Source of the DNA: Stegostoma tigrinum
Taxonomy: Eukaryota
Length of the DNA: 64,000 bases
Assembly: GCF_030684315.1 (NCBI RefSeq)
Contig: NC_081390.1
Coordinates: 14,880,001 to 14,944,000 of the forward strand
Direction of reading: 5' to 3'
In this document: piece by piece, positions 12,901 to 25,099 of the stretch
Numbering within the stretch: the first letter of the stretch is position 1
Layout: every line of letters starts with the position of its first letter
Notes under the pieces: model-generated
Databases searched by the model: none
What the model was told of the DNA's origin: nothing
Seen by the model: the letters and a program-made list of their open reading frames with translations, nothing else
Program-made: the position numbers and the translations under genes

Positions 12901-13338
12901 GAGTAGACATGGTGAAGAAACTAATATGTGGCTAAATGAGACATGAATTGCTACATTAAAATCATCTGAAACCATGAAAATCATGAAAAGCCTAATATTT
13001 CCAATATCAAGACTTACTATTGGGCAGTTCCATTCTGAATATTAATAGCCTAGAATCTAGTTTCCACCCTCAATGTTTGGCTGCCGTTTTAGGTTAGACC
13101 TTCCCAAAAATGCCATTGCATACTGTTTCCTTTGATAGAACTCAAAGATAAGTGAGTGAGTGCCCTGAAACCTAACAGCATAAATACTTATCGCAAAAAT
13201 CGAAGCTTTGAGACTGATTTGTTAGACCTGCGGTTATTTTTACATGTTTTGAAGTAGTTATTCAGCACATTGTTGAAGGTGCAGGCTGACGAGCTAGGGC
13301 TGTGAAAGAAGTGGCTCATAAGATAATTGATGCATTCA

Positions 13339-13818
13339 CTACATTGGACAAACAGGCAGAAAGCTAGCCACCAGGATGCATGAACATCAACTAGCCACAA
13401 AACGACATGACCCACTATCACGCGTATCCTTACATACAGATGAGGAAGGATACCACTTTGATTGGGACAACATATCCATCCTAGGACAAGCCAAACAGAG
13501 ACACCCACGAGAATTCCTAGAAGCATGGCATTCCAACCGGAACTCCATCAACAAACACATTGATTTGGAGCCAATCTACCATCCCCTGAGAAAAAGAACA
13601 GGAAATGACATCACCCATGCAGGAAATGACATCACCAACCCAAGGAAACCTAACCAGATAACTAGAAGGCGGGACATAACACCAGCACTTCGTCGGAGGC
13701 TCACTGATGATGTTACCTAGAATGGTGACGAAACGTCTGAAAACTAACCTTCCAGCTCAGCGAGCAAACTCACATCCAGAACCTCAACCTGAGCTACAAA
13801 TCTTCTCAAAACTCGCTA
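13339..13818 (+). mobile_element. 5'-truncated Penelope-like element, Poseidon-type (GIY-YIG C-terminus + terminal repeat), family 2
   Basis: Translates YIGQTGRKLATRMHEHQLATKRHD...FLEAWHS...SINKHIDLEPIY. TSD gcattca at 13332-13338 and 13819-13825. Internal 21-nt duplication caggaaatgacatcacc at 13599 and 13620. Confidence 0.88.
13701..13740 (+). ncRNA. minimal type I hammerhead ribozyme motif (family 2)
   Basis: tca-CTGATGA-t-GTTACC-tagaat-GGTGAC-GAAAC-GTC-tga: stem I tca/tga, 6-bp stem II, GUC triplet. Confidence 0.85.
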
Positions 13819-14667
13819 GCATTCATTTCAATTTTGCGAAATTCCCACAATTTGGGGAAGGTTCCATTGGAATGGAATGCAGTGATTGTAACTCCATTAT
13901 TCAAAACAAAGGACGAAGACAAAAAGCAGAAGACTGCAGGCCATTTGGCTTAACATCTGTCCTATGAAATACGTGAGAAGCTATAAATAAAGACATTGAA
14001 TCAGGGCACTGAGAAGAGTTCAAAGTAGAGCCAAATTGTTTTGTGAAATAACCAAACTATTGGAGGCTTTTCAGGAACTAATCGTGCCATAGTTGTATTA
14101 AACTCATACTTCCAGAAGACATTTGGTAAGGTGCCACAAGAAAATTTATTGCAAAAACGAAAAGCTGATAGGGTACTGGGTAACATATTGGCATGGGTGG
14201 AAGATTGACTATTTAACAGAAAGCATCCAATGGGGTTAAATGGCTTATTTTCTGGTTGGCAAGATGTAGAATGTCACAGAGACCATGGCTGGGGCCTCAA
14301 TTTTTTATAATTTATGTAAGTGACTTGGACGAAGATGTAGAAGGTATGATTACTATATTTGCAGATGGCACGAAGATAGAAAAATAGGTTATGAAAAATA
14401 CAAGGAAACTCCAAAGGGAAACAGGTTAAGTCAGTGGGCAAAGAACTGGTGAATGGAGTATGTTGTGGGAAAATATGTAATTGTCTATTTTGGCGTAAAG
14501 AATATTAAAGAAGTATACTATCTAACTGGTGAGAGATTGCAGAGCCCTCAGATGCAGAAAGATCTGGATGTTCCAGTGCATGAATTCCAAAATGTTTATA
14601 TGCAGACATTAGAAGAGTTAACAGCATGTATTTCTTTTTTGAGAAACAAACTGAAAACAGACTTAGT

Positions 14668-14815
14668 ATCAGAGATAATGGGAACTGCAGATGCTGGAGA
14701 ATCCAAGATAATAAAATGTGAGGCTGGATGAACACAGCAGGCCAAGCAGCATCTCAGGTGCTCCTGAGATGCTGCTTGGCCTGCTGTGTTCATCCAGCCT
14801 CACATTTTATTATCT
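14668..14815. mobile_element. fold-back mini-PLE, family 1 (no hammerhead retained)
   Basis: Tail on the left; arms aagataataaaatg...catctcagg / cctgagatg...cattttattatctt; flanking repeat tgaaaacagac at 14652-14662 and 14816-14826. Confidence 0.9.
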
Positions 14816-14840
14816 TGAAAACAGACATAGACAGGTTATG

Positions 14841-15073
14841 AGATAACAAGGTGTGGAGCTGGATGCACACAACAAGCCGAGCAGGAAGGCTGATGTTTCG
14901 TGCCGAGACCATTCTTCAGAAAATTCAGATTCTCTTCTTCAGATTTTCTGAAGAAGAGTCTAGGCCCGAAACATCAGCCTTACTGCTCCGCTGATGCTGC
15001 TTGGCCTGCTGTGTTCATCCAGCTCTACACCTTGTTATCTCAGATTCTCCAGCATCTGCAGTTCCTACTGTCT
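14841..15073. mobile_element. fold-back mini-PLE, family 1b, with hammerhead remnants on both strands
   Basis: TSD catagaca(g/a)gttatg at 14826-14840 and 15074-15088; CTGAAGA-a-gagtc-ta-ggccc-GAAAC-ATC at 14948-14977; tail on the right. Confidence 0.88.
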
Positions 15074-16032
15074 CATAGACAAGTTATGCTTCAGATATAT
15101 TGGCATTATTGAGATCACATCTGGAATATTATGTACGTTGTTGGTCTCCTTATTTAAAGAAGGTTGTAAGTTCTTTGGAAGTAGCTATAAGGAGATTTAC
15201 CAAACCAATAACTGGGATGGGTGGAAAAAGTTGGAAAGGCTAGTCTTGTATTCACTGGAGTTTAGAAAAGCACTTGGTGACTTGATTGAAACACATAAGA
15301 TTCTGAAGCATCTTAAGAGGGTGGATGTGGAAAAAATGTTTCTACTTGTGGGAAAATCTAGAACTAGGAGTCATCGTTTAAGGATTGTCCTTCAATATAA
15401 AGATAACAAGAATTTTTTTTCTTGCATCAGGTTTCCACTGTCTTTGGAAACAGTGGGAACGGTCTTTAAATATTTTCAAGCCAGTGCCATTAGATTCTTG
15501 ACTAGCAACAGTGTGAAAGTTAGAGGTTTGCACGACTGTGGAATTATTATATCAGCCATGATTTGATTGAAAGGTGGAGCAGGCTTGAGAGGCAGAGTGG
15601 TCTATATTTGCTCCTAACTCATTTGCTTTTATTTTCAAGCAGTTGACATGCATTCTTGGTTTGGACCCAAGTATAAACCACAAAAGACCACCATAATCAA
15701 ACAAAGTAAAAATCAGTGACACTGAGGAATTCATAATAATTCTATAACATTTATTTATTATATACCATTCAAACTGCATACATTTCAACCATAATAATGA
15801 ATTAACATTCATTTATTCAATAACCTTGGAAGGATATTCATTTCACCCAAAGTAATATAAATGCAAAATGAATTAACTACAATATTTTACATTGAAATCG
15901 TCCAAATCACAAACTCATTTGGTTGCAAACTGAATCACAATTCATCCCACTTGCCTTGATGGTATAATGTCATTTTTTTTAATCTTCTAAGTGCATATCA
16001 AAGAAACACAATTAGGTAAAAGTTAATACTGA

Positions 16033-16511
16033 ACCACATTGGAGAAAAGGTGAGCAGCCCAATGGTATCAATGTGGACTTCACCAGCTTCAAAATCTCCC
16101 CTTCCCCCACTGCATCCCAAAACCAGCCCAGTTCTTCCCCTCCACCCACTGCATCCCAAAACCAGTCCAGCCTCTCTCTGCCTCCCTAACCTGTTCTTCC
16201 TCTCACCCATCCATTCCTCCCACCCCAAGCCGCACCTCCATCTCCTACCTACTAACCTCATCCCACCTCCTTGACCTGTCCGTCTTCCCTGGACTGACCT
16301 ATCCCCTCCCTACCTCCCCACCTATACTCTCCTCTCCACCTATCTTCTTTTCTCTCCATCTTCAGTCCGCCTCCCCCTCTCTCCCTATTTATTCCAGAAC
16401 CCTCACCCCGTCCCCCTCTCTGATGAAGGGTCTAGGCCCGAAACGTTAGCTTTTGTGCTCCTGAGATGCTTCTGGGCCTGCTGTGTTCATCCAGCCTCAC
16501 ATTTTATTATC
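16033..16511 (+). mobile_element. 5'-truncated Neptune-type PLE 3' end, family 1
   Basis: Starts gcagcccaatggtatcaatgtggacttcacc (QPNGINVDFT), runs through the pyrimidine-rich UTR and hammerhead, and ends cacattttattatc. Confidence 0.9.
16418..16449 (+). ncRNA. minimal hammerhead motif
   Basis: ct-CTGATGA-a-GGGTC-ta-GGCCC-GAAAC-GTT-ag. Confidence 0.7.
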
Positions 16512-16948
16512 CTGCTGAGAGAGATGTGTTTTGAGGAAAGACAATAGAGGAGACAATTGAGACAACAATCTCCTGAGCTCAGATTTTGGTAGTATCAGCC
16601 AATCCTTCTTTGAGCTGAGCAGTGATATACCAGAGTCAGAGCAGGTCTGGAGACATTGAGTTGTTTGACAAGTATTGTTTATATGAATGGACTGGCATGA
16701 ATCTGTCATCATGTGATAGCAATGGGGACACATACAGGTAGACTCTCGGGGCAGAAAAAGCTGAAGAAGTGTGAAGTAACCTAAGTTCTGCATAGATGCA
16801 ATAAGTGGACTCATCCGAAACTATAGGTAGCAGAGACAAACTGCTTTTGCCATGAAAAGTGAGTTATGCAGAACGACATTGCCTGTGATTTGAGCAGACT
16901 ACTTGTACATTGGCTGGAACTATGATTATTCAAAATTACATAGACAGC

Positions 16949-17054
16949 TTTGATTTGATTTGATTTATGATTGTCACCAGAGCTGAGAAACAGTGAAAAA
17001 TATTGTTTTGCATGCTATTCAGACAAATCATATCTTATACAAGTACGCAGTGTG
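16949..17054 (-). mobile_element. Rex1/Babar-like LINE 3' tail
   Basis: (GATTT)n microsatellite tail then attgtcac...acagtgaaaa, similar to 49600-49700, which is attached to Rex1-type coding sequence. Confidence 0.55.
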
Positions 17055-17252
17055 AAGCTGGATGAACACAGCAGGCCAAGCAGCATCTCAGGAGCACAAA
17101 AGCTGACGTTTCGGACCTATCATCATACGAAGGGTCTAGGCCCGAAACGTCAGCTTTTGTGCTCCTGAGATGCTGCTTGGCCTGCTGTGTTCATCCAGCT
17201 CCACACAGTATTATCTCGGATTCTCCACCATCTGCAGTTCCCATTATCCCTG
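17055..17252. mobile_element. fold-back mini-PLE, family 1
   Basis: Inverted arms around a short spacer (tcatcatacg); TSD atacaagtac(g/a)cagtgtg at 17037-17054 and 17253-17270; tail on the right. Confidence 0.9.
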
Positions 17253-17539
17253 ATACAAGTACACAGTGTGTTTGTGACTTTCAACCTTTGAGTCTTGTGC
17301 ATTGGTAGACACGGCATTGCTTACCAACAGGTTAAATTCTTGTTTGAAAAACCTGAATATCTCAGTCTTGGTTCTTTGGATGATGCCCTTCCATGTCTGA
17401 TTACAATAAGAGAATATCAATATACAAAGCACGATGCATTAGAGATGTTGAAGGACAAATTAATGGCTGAGAAAGTTGACATTTTAAGTTTGCTTTCAAA
17501 AGTCAAGTTGTAGAGCCATAGAATAAGAGAGCACCCGCA

Positions 17540-18175
17540 CATTAATGATTTGAACTTAAATGTCGAGGGTATGATCAAGAAGTTCACAAATGACATGAAA
17601 ATTATTGAGGTGGTAAATCATGAGGATTGCCATGAACTGCTGGAGGACATCAATAGATAGGTCAGATGGGCAGACCATTGGCAAATAGAACTTAACCAGA
17701 AAGAGGGCACTTGGGGATGGCTAAGAAAACAAAGGATTACACTGTGAATGATAGGACTCTGGAAAGTACTGAAAATGAGACAGACGGTGGTGTGCATATC
17801 TATAGATGCCTGCAGGTAACAGGGCAGCTAGGTAAGGTGGTTAAGAAAACATATGGGATATTCTCTTTTATCAACCAAGGCATATAATTGGTTAAACTGC
17901 ACCTGGAATACTGCATACAGTTTAGGTCACTACATTATAGGAAGGATGTGATTGCACTGGAGAAGGTGCAGAGGAGGTTTGCCACAATGCTGCATGGGCT
18001 GTAGTATTGGAGCTATGAGGGAAGATTGGATAGGCTATTGTATTCCTTGGAGCTGTGAGAATTGAGACCTGATAGGATATTGTATCAGATTGTAAGGCTA
18101 TAGATAGTGTAATTAGAAAGGTATATTTTGTCTCCAATAGGAGAGCGCTCAAAAATTAGGGTATAGATTTAAATT
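17540..18175 (+). mobile_element. CR1 RT C-terminal remnant, old
   Basis: attaatgatttg (INDL), aagttcacaaatgacatgaaa (KFADDTK-like), ctggagaaggtgcagaggaggtttgcc (LEKVQRRF). Confidence 0.75.
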
Positions 18176-18439
18176 GTGTGTGCACATACACAGTATTTTC
18201 CAAGATTTGTTTTGATACCCAAAGTTGAGCATGTTTGTGCTGTGCAGTAGCATCTGCATGCAGACCTCAGAAGCCCCTCCGTTTTATATTGTGCATTTTC
18301 TATGAGGCCTTCGTTTACAAACTTAATTGACAGAAAGTTCTTATTAATGTTTCATTTGACTTGTTCAGCATCCACTCTCCCCCTTTATACTACACTTCCT
18401 CCCCCACCCTCTGCACCCGCCCCGTCCCCACCATTGCTG

Positions 18440-20097
18440 TAGATGTCATTTCCACTGGCCACTCAGATGCCAGGCTATGACCATCAACAATAAGAGACAA
18501 TCTAACTATCGTCCCTTGACATTCAGTAGTGTTACCACCATTGAATCCCTCAATATCAACATCCTGGGTGTCATCATTGACCAGAAACTCATCTGGACTC
18601 ACCACATAAACACAGTGGCTACAAGAGCAGGCCAGAAGCTAGGAATACTGCAGCAAGAGTCTCACCAGCTGACTCCTCAAAGCCTGTCCACCATACAGCA
18701 GAATATAGATAGACTGGAGAGTTGGGCAGATAAATGGCAGATAGAGTTCAATCCGGGCAAATGCGAGGTGATGCATTTTGGATGATCAAATTCAAGGGCA
18801 AACTATACAGTAAATGGAAAAGTCTGAGGGAAAATTGATGAACAGAGAGATCTGGATGTTCAGGTCCATTGTTCCCTGAAGGTCACAACGCAGGTCAATA
18901 GGGTGGACAGGAAGGCATATGGCATGCTTTCCTTCATTGGACGGGGTATTGAGTACAAGAGTTGGCAGGTCATGTTGCACTTGTATAGGACTTTGGTTCG
19001 GCCACATTTGGAGTACTGTGCACAGTTCTGGTTGCCACATTAACAAAAGGATGTGGACGCTTTGGAGAGGGTGCAGAGGAGGTTCACCAGGATGTTGCCT
19101 GGTATGGAGGGCGCTAGCTATGAAGAGAGGTTGAATAGATTAGGATTATTTTCATTAGAAAGACGGAGATTGAGGGGGGACCTGATTGAGGCCTACAAAA
19201 TCATGAGGGGTATAGACAGGGTGGATAGCAAAAAGCTTTTTCCCAGAGTGGGGGACTCAATTACTAGGGGTCATGAGTTCATAGTGAGAGGAGGAAAGTT
19301 TAAGGGAGATATGCGTGGAAAGTTCTTTACACAGAGGGTGGTGGGCGCCTGGAACACGTTGCCAGCGGAGGTGGTAGACGCAGACACGTTAGCGTCTTTT
19401 AAGATATATTTGGACAGGTACATGGATGGGCAGGGAGCAAATGGACACAGACCGTTAGAAAATAGATGACAGGTTAGACAGAGGATCTTGATCGGCACAG
19501 GCTTGGGGGGGTGGGGAGCCGAAGGGCCTGTTCCTGTGCTGTAATTTTCTTTGTTCTTTGTATCGACAAGGCACAAGTCAGGAGCATGATTGAATACTCC
19601 CACCTGCCTGGATGGGTGCAGCCCCAACAACACTCGAGAAGCTTGACACCATTCAGGACAAAGCAGCCCACTTGATTGGCACTGCACCCATAAACGTCCA
19701 CTCCCTCCACCACCGATGCTCTGTAGCAGCAGTGTGTACTATCTACAAGATGCACTGCAGAAATTCACCAAAAATCCTCAGACAGCACCTTCCAAACCCA
19801 CAACCATTTCCATGTAGAAGGACAAGAGCAGCAGATACATGGGAATACCACCACCTCTAAGTTCCCCTCTAAGCCACTCACCATCCTGACTTGGAAATAT
19901 ATCGCTGTTCCTTCACTGGCGGTCAAAATCCTGGAATTCCCTCCCTAATAGCATTGTAGGACAACCCACAGCAGGAGGACTGCAGCGGTTCAACAAGGCA
20001 GCTCACCACCACCTTCTCAAGGGCAACTAGGGACGGGCAATTAATGCTGGCCAGCCAGCAACGCCCACATCCCACAAGAGAATAGAGGGGAAAAAAA
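18440..20097 (+). mobile_element. family-B LINE 3' part (18440-18694 + 19562-20097) split by a younger CR1
   Basis: ORF INILGVIIDQKLIWTHHINTVATRAGQKLGIL continues after the insertion as acaaggcacaagtcagg...LEKLDTIQDKAAHLIG; 3' tail gggcaactagggacgggcaattaatgctggcc plus an A-run. Confidence 0.88.
18695..19561 (+). mobile_element. young CR1 LINE 3' fragment (family A)
   Basis: QQNIDRLESWADKWQIEFNPGKCEVMHFG and LERVQRRFTRMLPG...LERRRLRGDLIEAYKIMRG; ends in a (TTCTTTG)2 tail. Confidence 0.93.
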
Positions 20098-20751
20098 ACT
20101 CTCAGTCCTCCTTCAGCCTATCCCTGTGATTACTGACCATACACTATCTGCCTTGATATTCCTACTTTTCCCTGATTCTACTTTTACCCAGATCCCCATT
20201 CCAGCCTTAGCCTTGTACAGTCCTTTTTTCAATTCTCCTGCTCCTTCTCCCTCTCCATCGCACCCAGTTATCTAATTGTATTCCACAATCAAACCACATA
20301 GATCCCCGTCCTTCCTTTAACCTTCGTCCCATCACTGTGATTCACCTGTCAAATCCCAGTTACTTACCTCCAGTGTAAAAATCCTTGCAGTGCCTTTAGC
20401 AACTGCACTCTTTAAAATCCATTCCTTCATTGTTAGCCTATCTTTTTCTCAGCATTCAATGTATGAAAGCTCTGAGTAGGAGCCTTCTGAAGTGTAATTA
20501 TGGATGAGCAATAAATGCTGGTCTAGCCAGAGATATCCAGATAACATGAACGATTTCAGAAGTATAGCCGCTGATATTATGAACTGGGTGTCCAAATGCT
20601 ATGATGTAGATCCTCCACAAAGGTCATCCTTTTACATGCTTTCATCTTTGGTCAGGAGATGTATGAACTGAAATTTAGCACTTTCGGGTGGGATGATGAA
20701 CTAATTTTATTAGATAAGAGTTGGAGTGGAACAATGAAAGAATGGCAAATA

Positions 20752-20932
20752 AAAACTGCAAGAACAGCGCATGCAGTAAGTCAGAAACAAAAACAGACAT
20801 TGCTGGAAAAGCCCAGCAGCTCTGGCAGCGCCTGTGGACAGAAATTAGAGTTAATCAGAATTGTTTTGAGGAAGGGTCACTCAACCTGAAATATTAACTC
20901 TGATTTCACTCCACAGCTGCTGCTCGAGCTGA
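20752..20932. mobile_element. old fold-back mini-PLE, family 4
   Basis: ctgtggacagaaattagagttaat is inverted against attaactctgatttcactccacag; decayed hammerhead tgaggaagggtcactcaacctgaaat. Confidence 0.6.
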
Positions 20933-21060
20933 TCAAATTAAAAAAAAAGTCACCTGTAGTAGTTCTAAACTTAGTGAGCATGACAATTTGCTAAAATCTC
21001 TTTGTTAAATTCTTTTTAAAAAAAAACTTTATGACATTTCCTCTGTGCCTGTTCATACAG

Positions 21061-21063
21061 ATG
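21061..21063 (+). other. candidate 3-nt microexon (ATG)
   Basis: ttcctctgtgcctgttcatacAG|ATG|GTAAGC: pyrimidine tract with TGC, then an acceptor and a strong donor 3 nt apart. Confidence 0.35.
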
Positions 21064-21547
21064 GTAAGCTTTCAAATCTAGGCCTTTTCTGGCTTGGTTT
21101 GGACTTTCTGTTCACGTGGTGTAGTCTGTGACTACTTAATGTAATTTATTACCAGTCGGCATGCCATAATGGATGCAAGATGAACTTTTAACAATGTGCG
21201 CATTGTATCATTCTTTGTTCTCGGGGAATAGATTGTAATGTGCTGAGCTTGATGCTGTCATGTGTTCCAAAGGAACACTATGACCATACTTGGATGTGTG
21301 CCATTTTGATGTGCAGTTGTTTGTTACACTATAGTGCAATGGGAACACCCTGCTGGTGAATTTCAGCAGTGTACCGTGATTTGATGCTATTGTGTATTTT
21401 CAGGTGCACAAAGTTCAAAATGTTTGTATGCTCTATCGAAATTTTTATTTTTGTTTAGACATAGTCGGACCTTAGGAGTGCAGCGTTGTTTTACATTCTA
21501 AATTACAATATATTCAAAATAAGGGAAGCAGGGAAGTTTAATAGCCA

Positions 21548-21726
21548 GGAGATAGCAAGAACAGCCAATGCTGAAGTCGGAGAAGAACACAGCAGGTCAG
21601 GCAGCATCAGAGGAACAAGCAAGTTGATGTTTTGGGTCAGGATTTTCTGTAGAAGGGTCCCAACCCCAAAACATCAGCTTTCCTGCTCCTCTGATGCTGC
21701 CTGACCTACTGTGATCCTGTTGTCTC
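21548..21726. mobile_element. fold-back mini-PLE, family 1b-like, older
   Basis: cacagcaggtcaggcagcatcagagga...gatgttttggg is inverted against ccccaaaacatc...cctctgatgctgcctgacctactgtg; TSD aagtttaatagcca (21534-21547) / aagtttaagaacca (21727-21740). Confidence 0.8.
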
Positions 21727-22317
21727 AAGTTTAAGAACCATTTTTTTTCAGTTTGATTGCCCACTGTTGTGCTTTCACTACTAGAGTGTCAACACTGTGA
21801 GGCAGATATTTACGTAGTTGCTCAGTATGTTTTGTGTTCGTCAGTGTAAAAGGAATACTCAGACATAGAATGTATAAGCATCTCTGTGATCTTCAAACCA
21901 TAGATCTTTCTCTTGTGTTTTATCTTGTGAGTTGGATCTTCTATAGGAGGCCAGGATTTTGAGTGATCCTGTATAAAGAGGGAAAGCTGTTAATACCATC
22001 CATCTTGCCTTTTTGTGTTGTGAGAAGCCCTGTGATTCCCAGCCTGATGAAGGGTCTTGTAACTTAAACTGGCTTTTGCTGATGCTGAAATACCCTGCTG
22101 GGAATTCCCACCAATTTTGGACTCTGACCAATAATCTTGTTAACCAATCAAATAGAAAAGGAGGAGGAAAGAACTTAAAGGGAAAAAAACTAAAATCCTA
22201 CGTTCAATTTCTTGCCTCATCTGTTAAATAAGCCCAATGCATTTTTGGTGACATGTTTTCACACTTGTTTTGATTCTCCGGTGTGCTGTGGTTTCCTGCT
22301 AATGTGATGACTCAAAA

Positions 22318-22887
22318 TCCAAGACGGCACTGGCATGGTAAGTAGAGTTTGTAATCCACTGAAGGCCGGTGGCATCATTTTCTCAATGTACTTTTCATCT
22401 TTATCCTTTTCTTCTTCTTTGCTTCTTCACCTTTGAGGTTGGAGTGGTGTTGGTGGGGCAGTGACTACAGTGACGGTGGCATGGATTGGGGTTCCTGGCA
22501 GTAATGCCTGGACTCCGAGCCATGGCAGGCCCAGAGCTGGGACTGCTGGTGGCGGTAGGCCTGGAGCCTGGATTCTTGGTGGTGGTGGTGCCTGGAGCAC
22601 GGACTCTTACTGGTAGTGGCAAGGTGGTGGCACCAACATAGCTGGGGTCTCCTGGGTCTTCAGCGTTCTCTGTTTCCAGAGTAGGATTCCTTGAGGACCA
22701 GAACACCTTGAAGAGATCTTGCGGAAGCCCCAAAACCATGCTTGAGACCCCAAACTGAACAGAAGAACTCTTACTTAAGTAATTTGTTTTTATCCTGGTT
22801 GTGACTCAAAATGGTACCAGATTTTGGCTACAAAACACTTTTCACTGTATCTTCAAAACACATGTGCCATTAATCATTCATTCATTC
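22318..22887 (+). mobile_element. GC-rich non-autonomous element with Rex1/Babar-like 3' tail
   Basis: G-rich low-complexity body; ends aaaacacttttcactgtatct...acatgtgccattaat(CATT)3, resembling the reverse complement of 49600-49670. Confidence 0.5.
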
Positions 22888-23825
22888 TCTCAGTGGTGAA
22901 CAATGAAAGGTTATATGTCAATGGTATCATTGGCCTCACCTGAGGTCCACAAAGGCATTTCACAGAATGAGGCAGAAGGAGAAACTTAACCACTTTCCTT
23001 TACCCTTCCCAGTCACTAAACGTGGGTGATGTTCTGGAAAGTTGTAGAGTTCCTGCTCCCGAACTGAGTCTATTAGCATTGCTTCCCCACTTTCAAGGAC
23101 ACTACTAACAGTCAGTAGTTATTATTTTGAATGATCAACTATCAGCTGCATTTTATTAGTGGTTATTTATCACTGTGTATGAAGTCCACAAAGAATACTA
23201 AGACCGTATTTAAATTTAGAGATAAAATATGGAAAAATAAAAATCCACATGGTCTATTCCATTGAATAAGTAAGCTTGTATCTGAGAAAACTATTGGATC
23301 TCTTATGGAAATAGAAAACTGCAACTAAACTTCCAGAAATCAAAATTACTGTGAAAACTAATTCATTAAATGAACCTGCAGCATTAATTTTGTGAGATCG
23401 TAGTTTGAAGGAAAAAAAATCACGGCTCAAGTATCTTTCTGTACTTGGTTGCAATGGATGGCGTCGGAAATGTATAAATATGTATTTGTACTGTTTCACT
23501 TGTCTAATTGCTAATGTTAGGAACCAGAAGAAAACTTCAGTGTTGGCAATTATATAAGCTGTAAGAATTCAGTTTCTGGCCTTACTTTAATGCTGTCATT
23601 GTGACTTGATCATTCTTTTCACTGTTGCTCGTGCCTTTTGAAAGACATGAATCTACATGAGCTGCAATCGGATGCACTTCAAGCCAGTCTCTGGCTTAAT
23701 GAGATTCTTAAACTGTAAAGCTACCTCCAAAGTAAAGACAGTTAAAAACCTGCATTCTGCATTGCCAAGAAGCTTAAATTAACTCTTTTACATTCACCCC
23801 CTGCATTTCTGCAAAATATTTGCTG

Positions 23826-24148
23826 TGACAGAGTGGTGGCTCAATGCTTAGCACTGCTGCCTCACAGTGCTAGGGACCCAGGTTTAATTCCACCCTCAGG
23901 TGAAAGTGGAGTTTGCACATTCTACCCATGTCTGTTTTGATGCTCTAGTTTTCTCCCACAGATATGCATGATAGGTGGACTAGTCATGCTAAATTCCTCA
24001 TAGTGTCCGGAAAGCCGTAGGCTAGGTAGGTTACCGTGAGAAATGTAAGGTTACAGGGATAGAATGGTCGGGGGGGAGGGGTGTGTTCTTGGTGGGATGC
24101 CCTCAGTGCGGACTTGATGGGCTGAATAGGCTGCTCTATTCCGTGATA
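23826..24148 (+). mobile_element. HE1-like V-SINE
   Basis: tRNA-like head gtggctcaatgcttagcactgctgcctcacagtgctagggacccaggtttaattcc; V-domain-like gtggagtttgcacattct; CR1-like tail gacttgatgggctgaatagg. Confidence 0.85.
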
Positions 24149-25099
24149 TTTGCATATTTCCTCTTTTGATGTGGCCATATGAGAAAAAAACAGCTTTCTA
24201 AAATATAAAACATATTTTCATGACCATAACATGCGTTTGAAATAATTGCGTGTTTTTCAAAATTAGTTGAGTAATTTTATATCCTCGTGGCCAATAAACA
24301 TGAGGAGAACAGTATTGCTTTGACCAAAAGATAGATTAAATTTATTTTTGGACTGGCTGTTTGAGACTTTGTTATCTAAGGCTATGTCCTCCATCAGAGC
24401 AGTCAAAAAGATTGAATTAACAGCCACAGATCAATTCTAAGACTGTAACTCCAGCCACTAAGTGGAAACGCAGTAGGAGCATTTGCACATGTGTAGGTGA
24501 AATGTGCTATAGCTGTTGGTACATGATCAACTATTCCTGTTGCCAGCAGCAAAAGTTCTGGAATGATATTGAGGCTGAGAAATGTCTGCTTCTACAGAGG
24601 GATAAAACTCACCCACAACACAACATCAATCAACTTGTCAAAATCCCTAATGAATCAGATCATGAAAGTCAACAAATTAAATGACGTCATTTAAATACTA
24701 TTTTTCCACGACTGTGCTAAAGCTTTGTGCAGGGAGCCCCTCACAATATAGGTAGCTCAGTTGGATGTTAATCAGATTCTCAAAGGGCATTTTTCCAAAT
24801 CATATGTACAATAATAAATTTTTCAAGTATTGTATGCAAAATACTTTAAAAATTATTTTCAAAGAAAACTAATTCTTAGATCATTCAATAGATCATTGAA
24901 AATTTTGAAAGCAATTCATGAAATTTCCTGATTATCTTCATTCACTCCATTATCAGAAGCGTATTTTACAAATCAAAAGATGATAAATTGATAAATAGGT
25001 AAAGTGGATAAAAGAACCTACAACTGATTTTAAGCAAACAGTATTGTTCGTCTATGTCAAGCCAACTTGTTAATTTTAATGCAATGACTGACATTGAGA

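Larger units (their letters stand above)
13290..15625 (+). mobile_element. CR1 LINE ORF2 remnant (family A) carrying three nested PLE insertions
   Basis: gacttccagaagacatttggtaag-like (DFQKAFDK), tttgcagatggcacgaag (FADDTK); the ORF track shows LYSLEFRKALGDLIETHKIL...SRTRSH; 3' UTR ends near 15620. Confidence 0.85.

Noticed and set aside
14668-15073. Interpretation of the fold-back elements as DNA-transposon MITEs or a CRISPR-like array
   Set aside because: The arms match the terminus of the RT-encoding PLE, the ends are asymmetric, TSDs are long and variable, and there is no regular repeat-spacer period. The DNA is eukaryotic.
22043-22070. cctgatgaagggtcttgtaacttaaac as a hammerhead
   Set aside because: It has no GAAA and no stem II pairing; at best it is a decayed remnant.
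22324-22344. Second AG...ATG|GTAAGT exon-like signal
   Set aside because: There is no pyrimidine tract next to the AG, and it lies at the start of a probable repeat.
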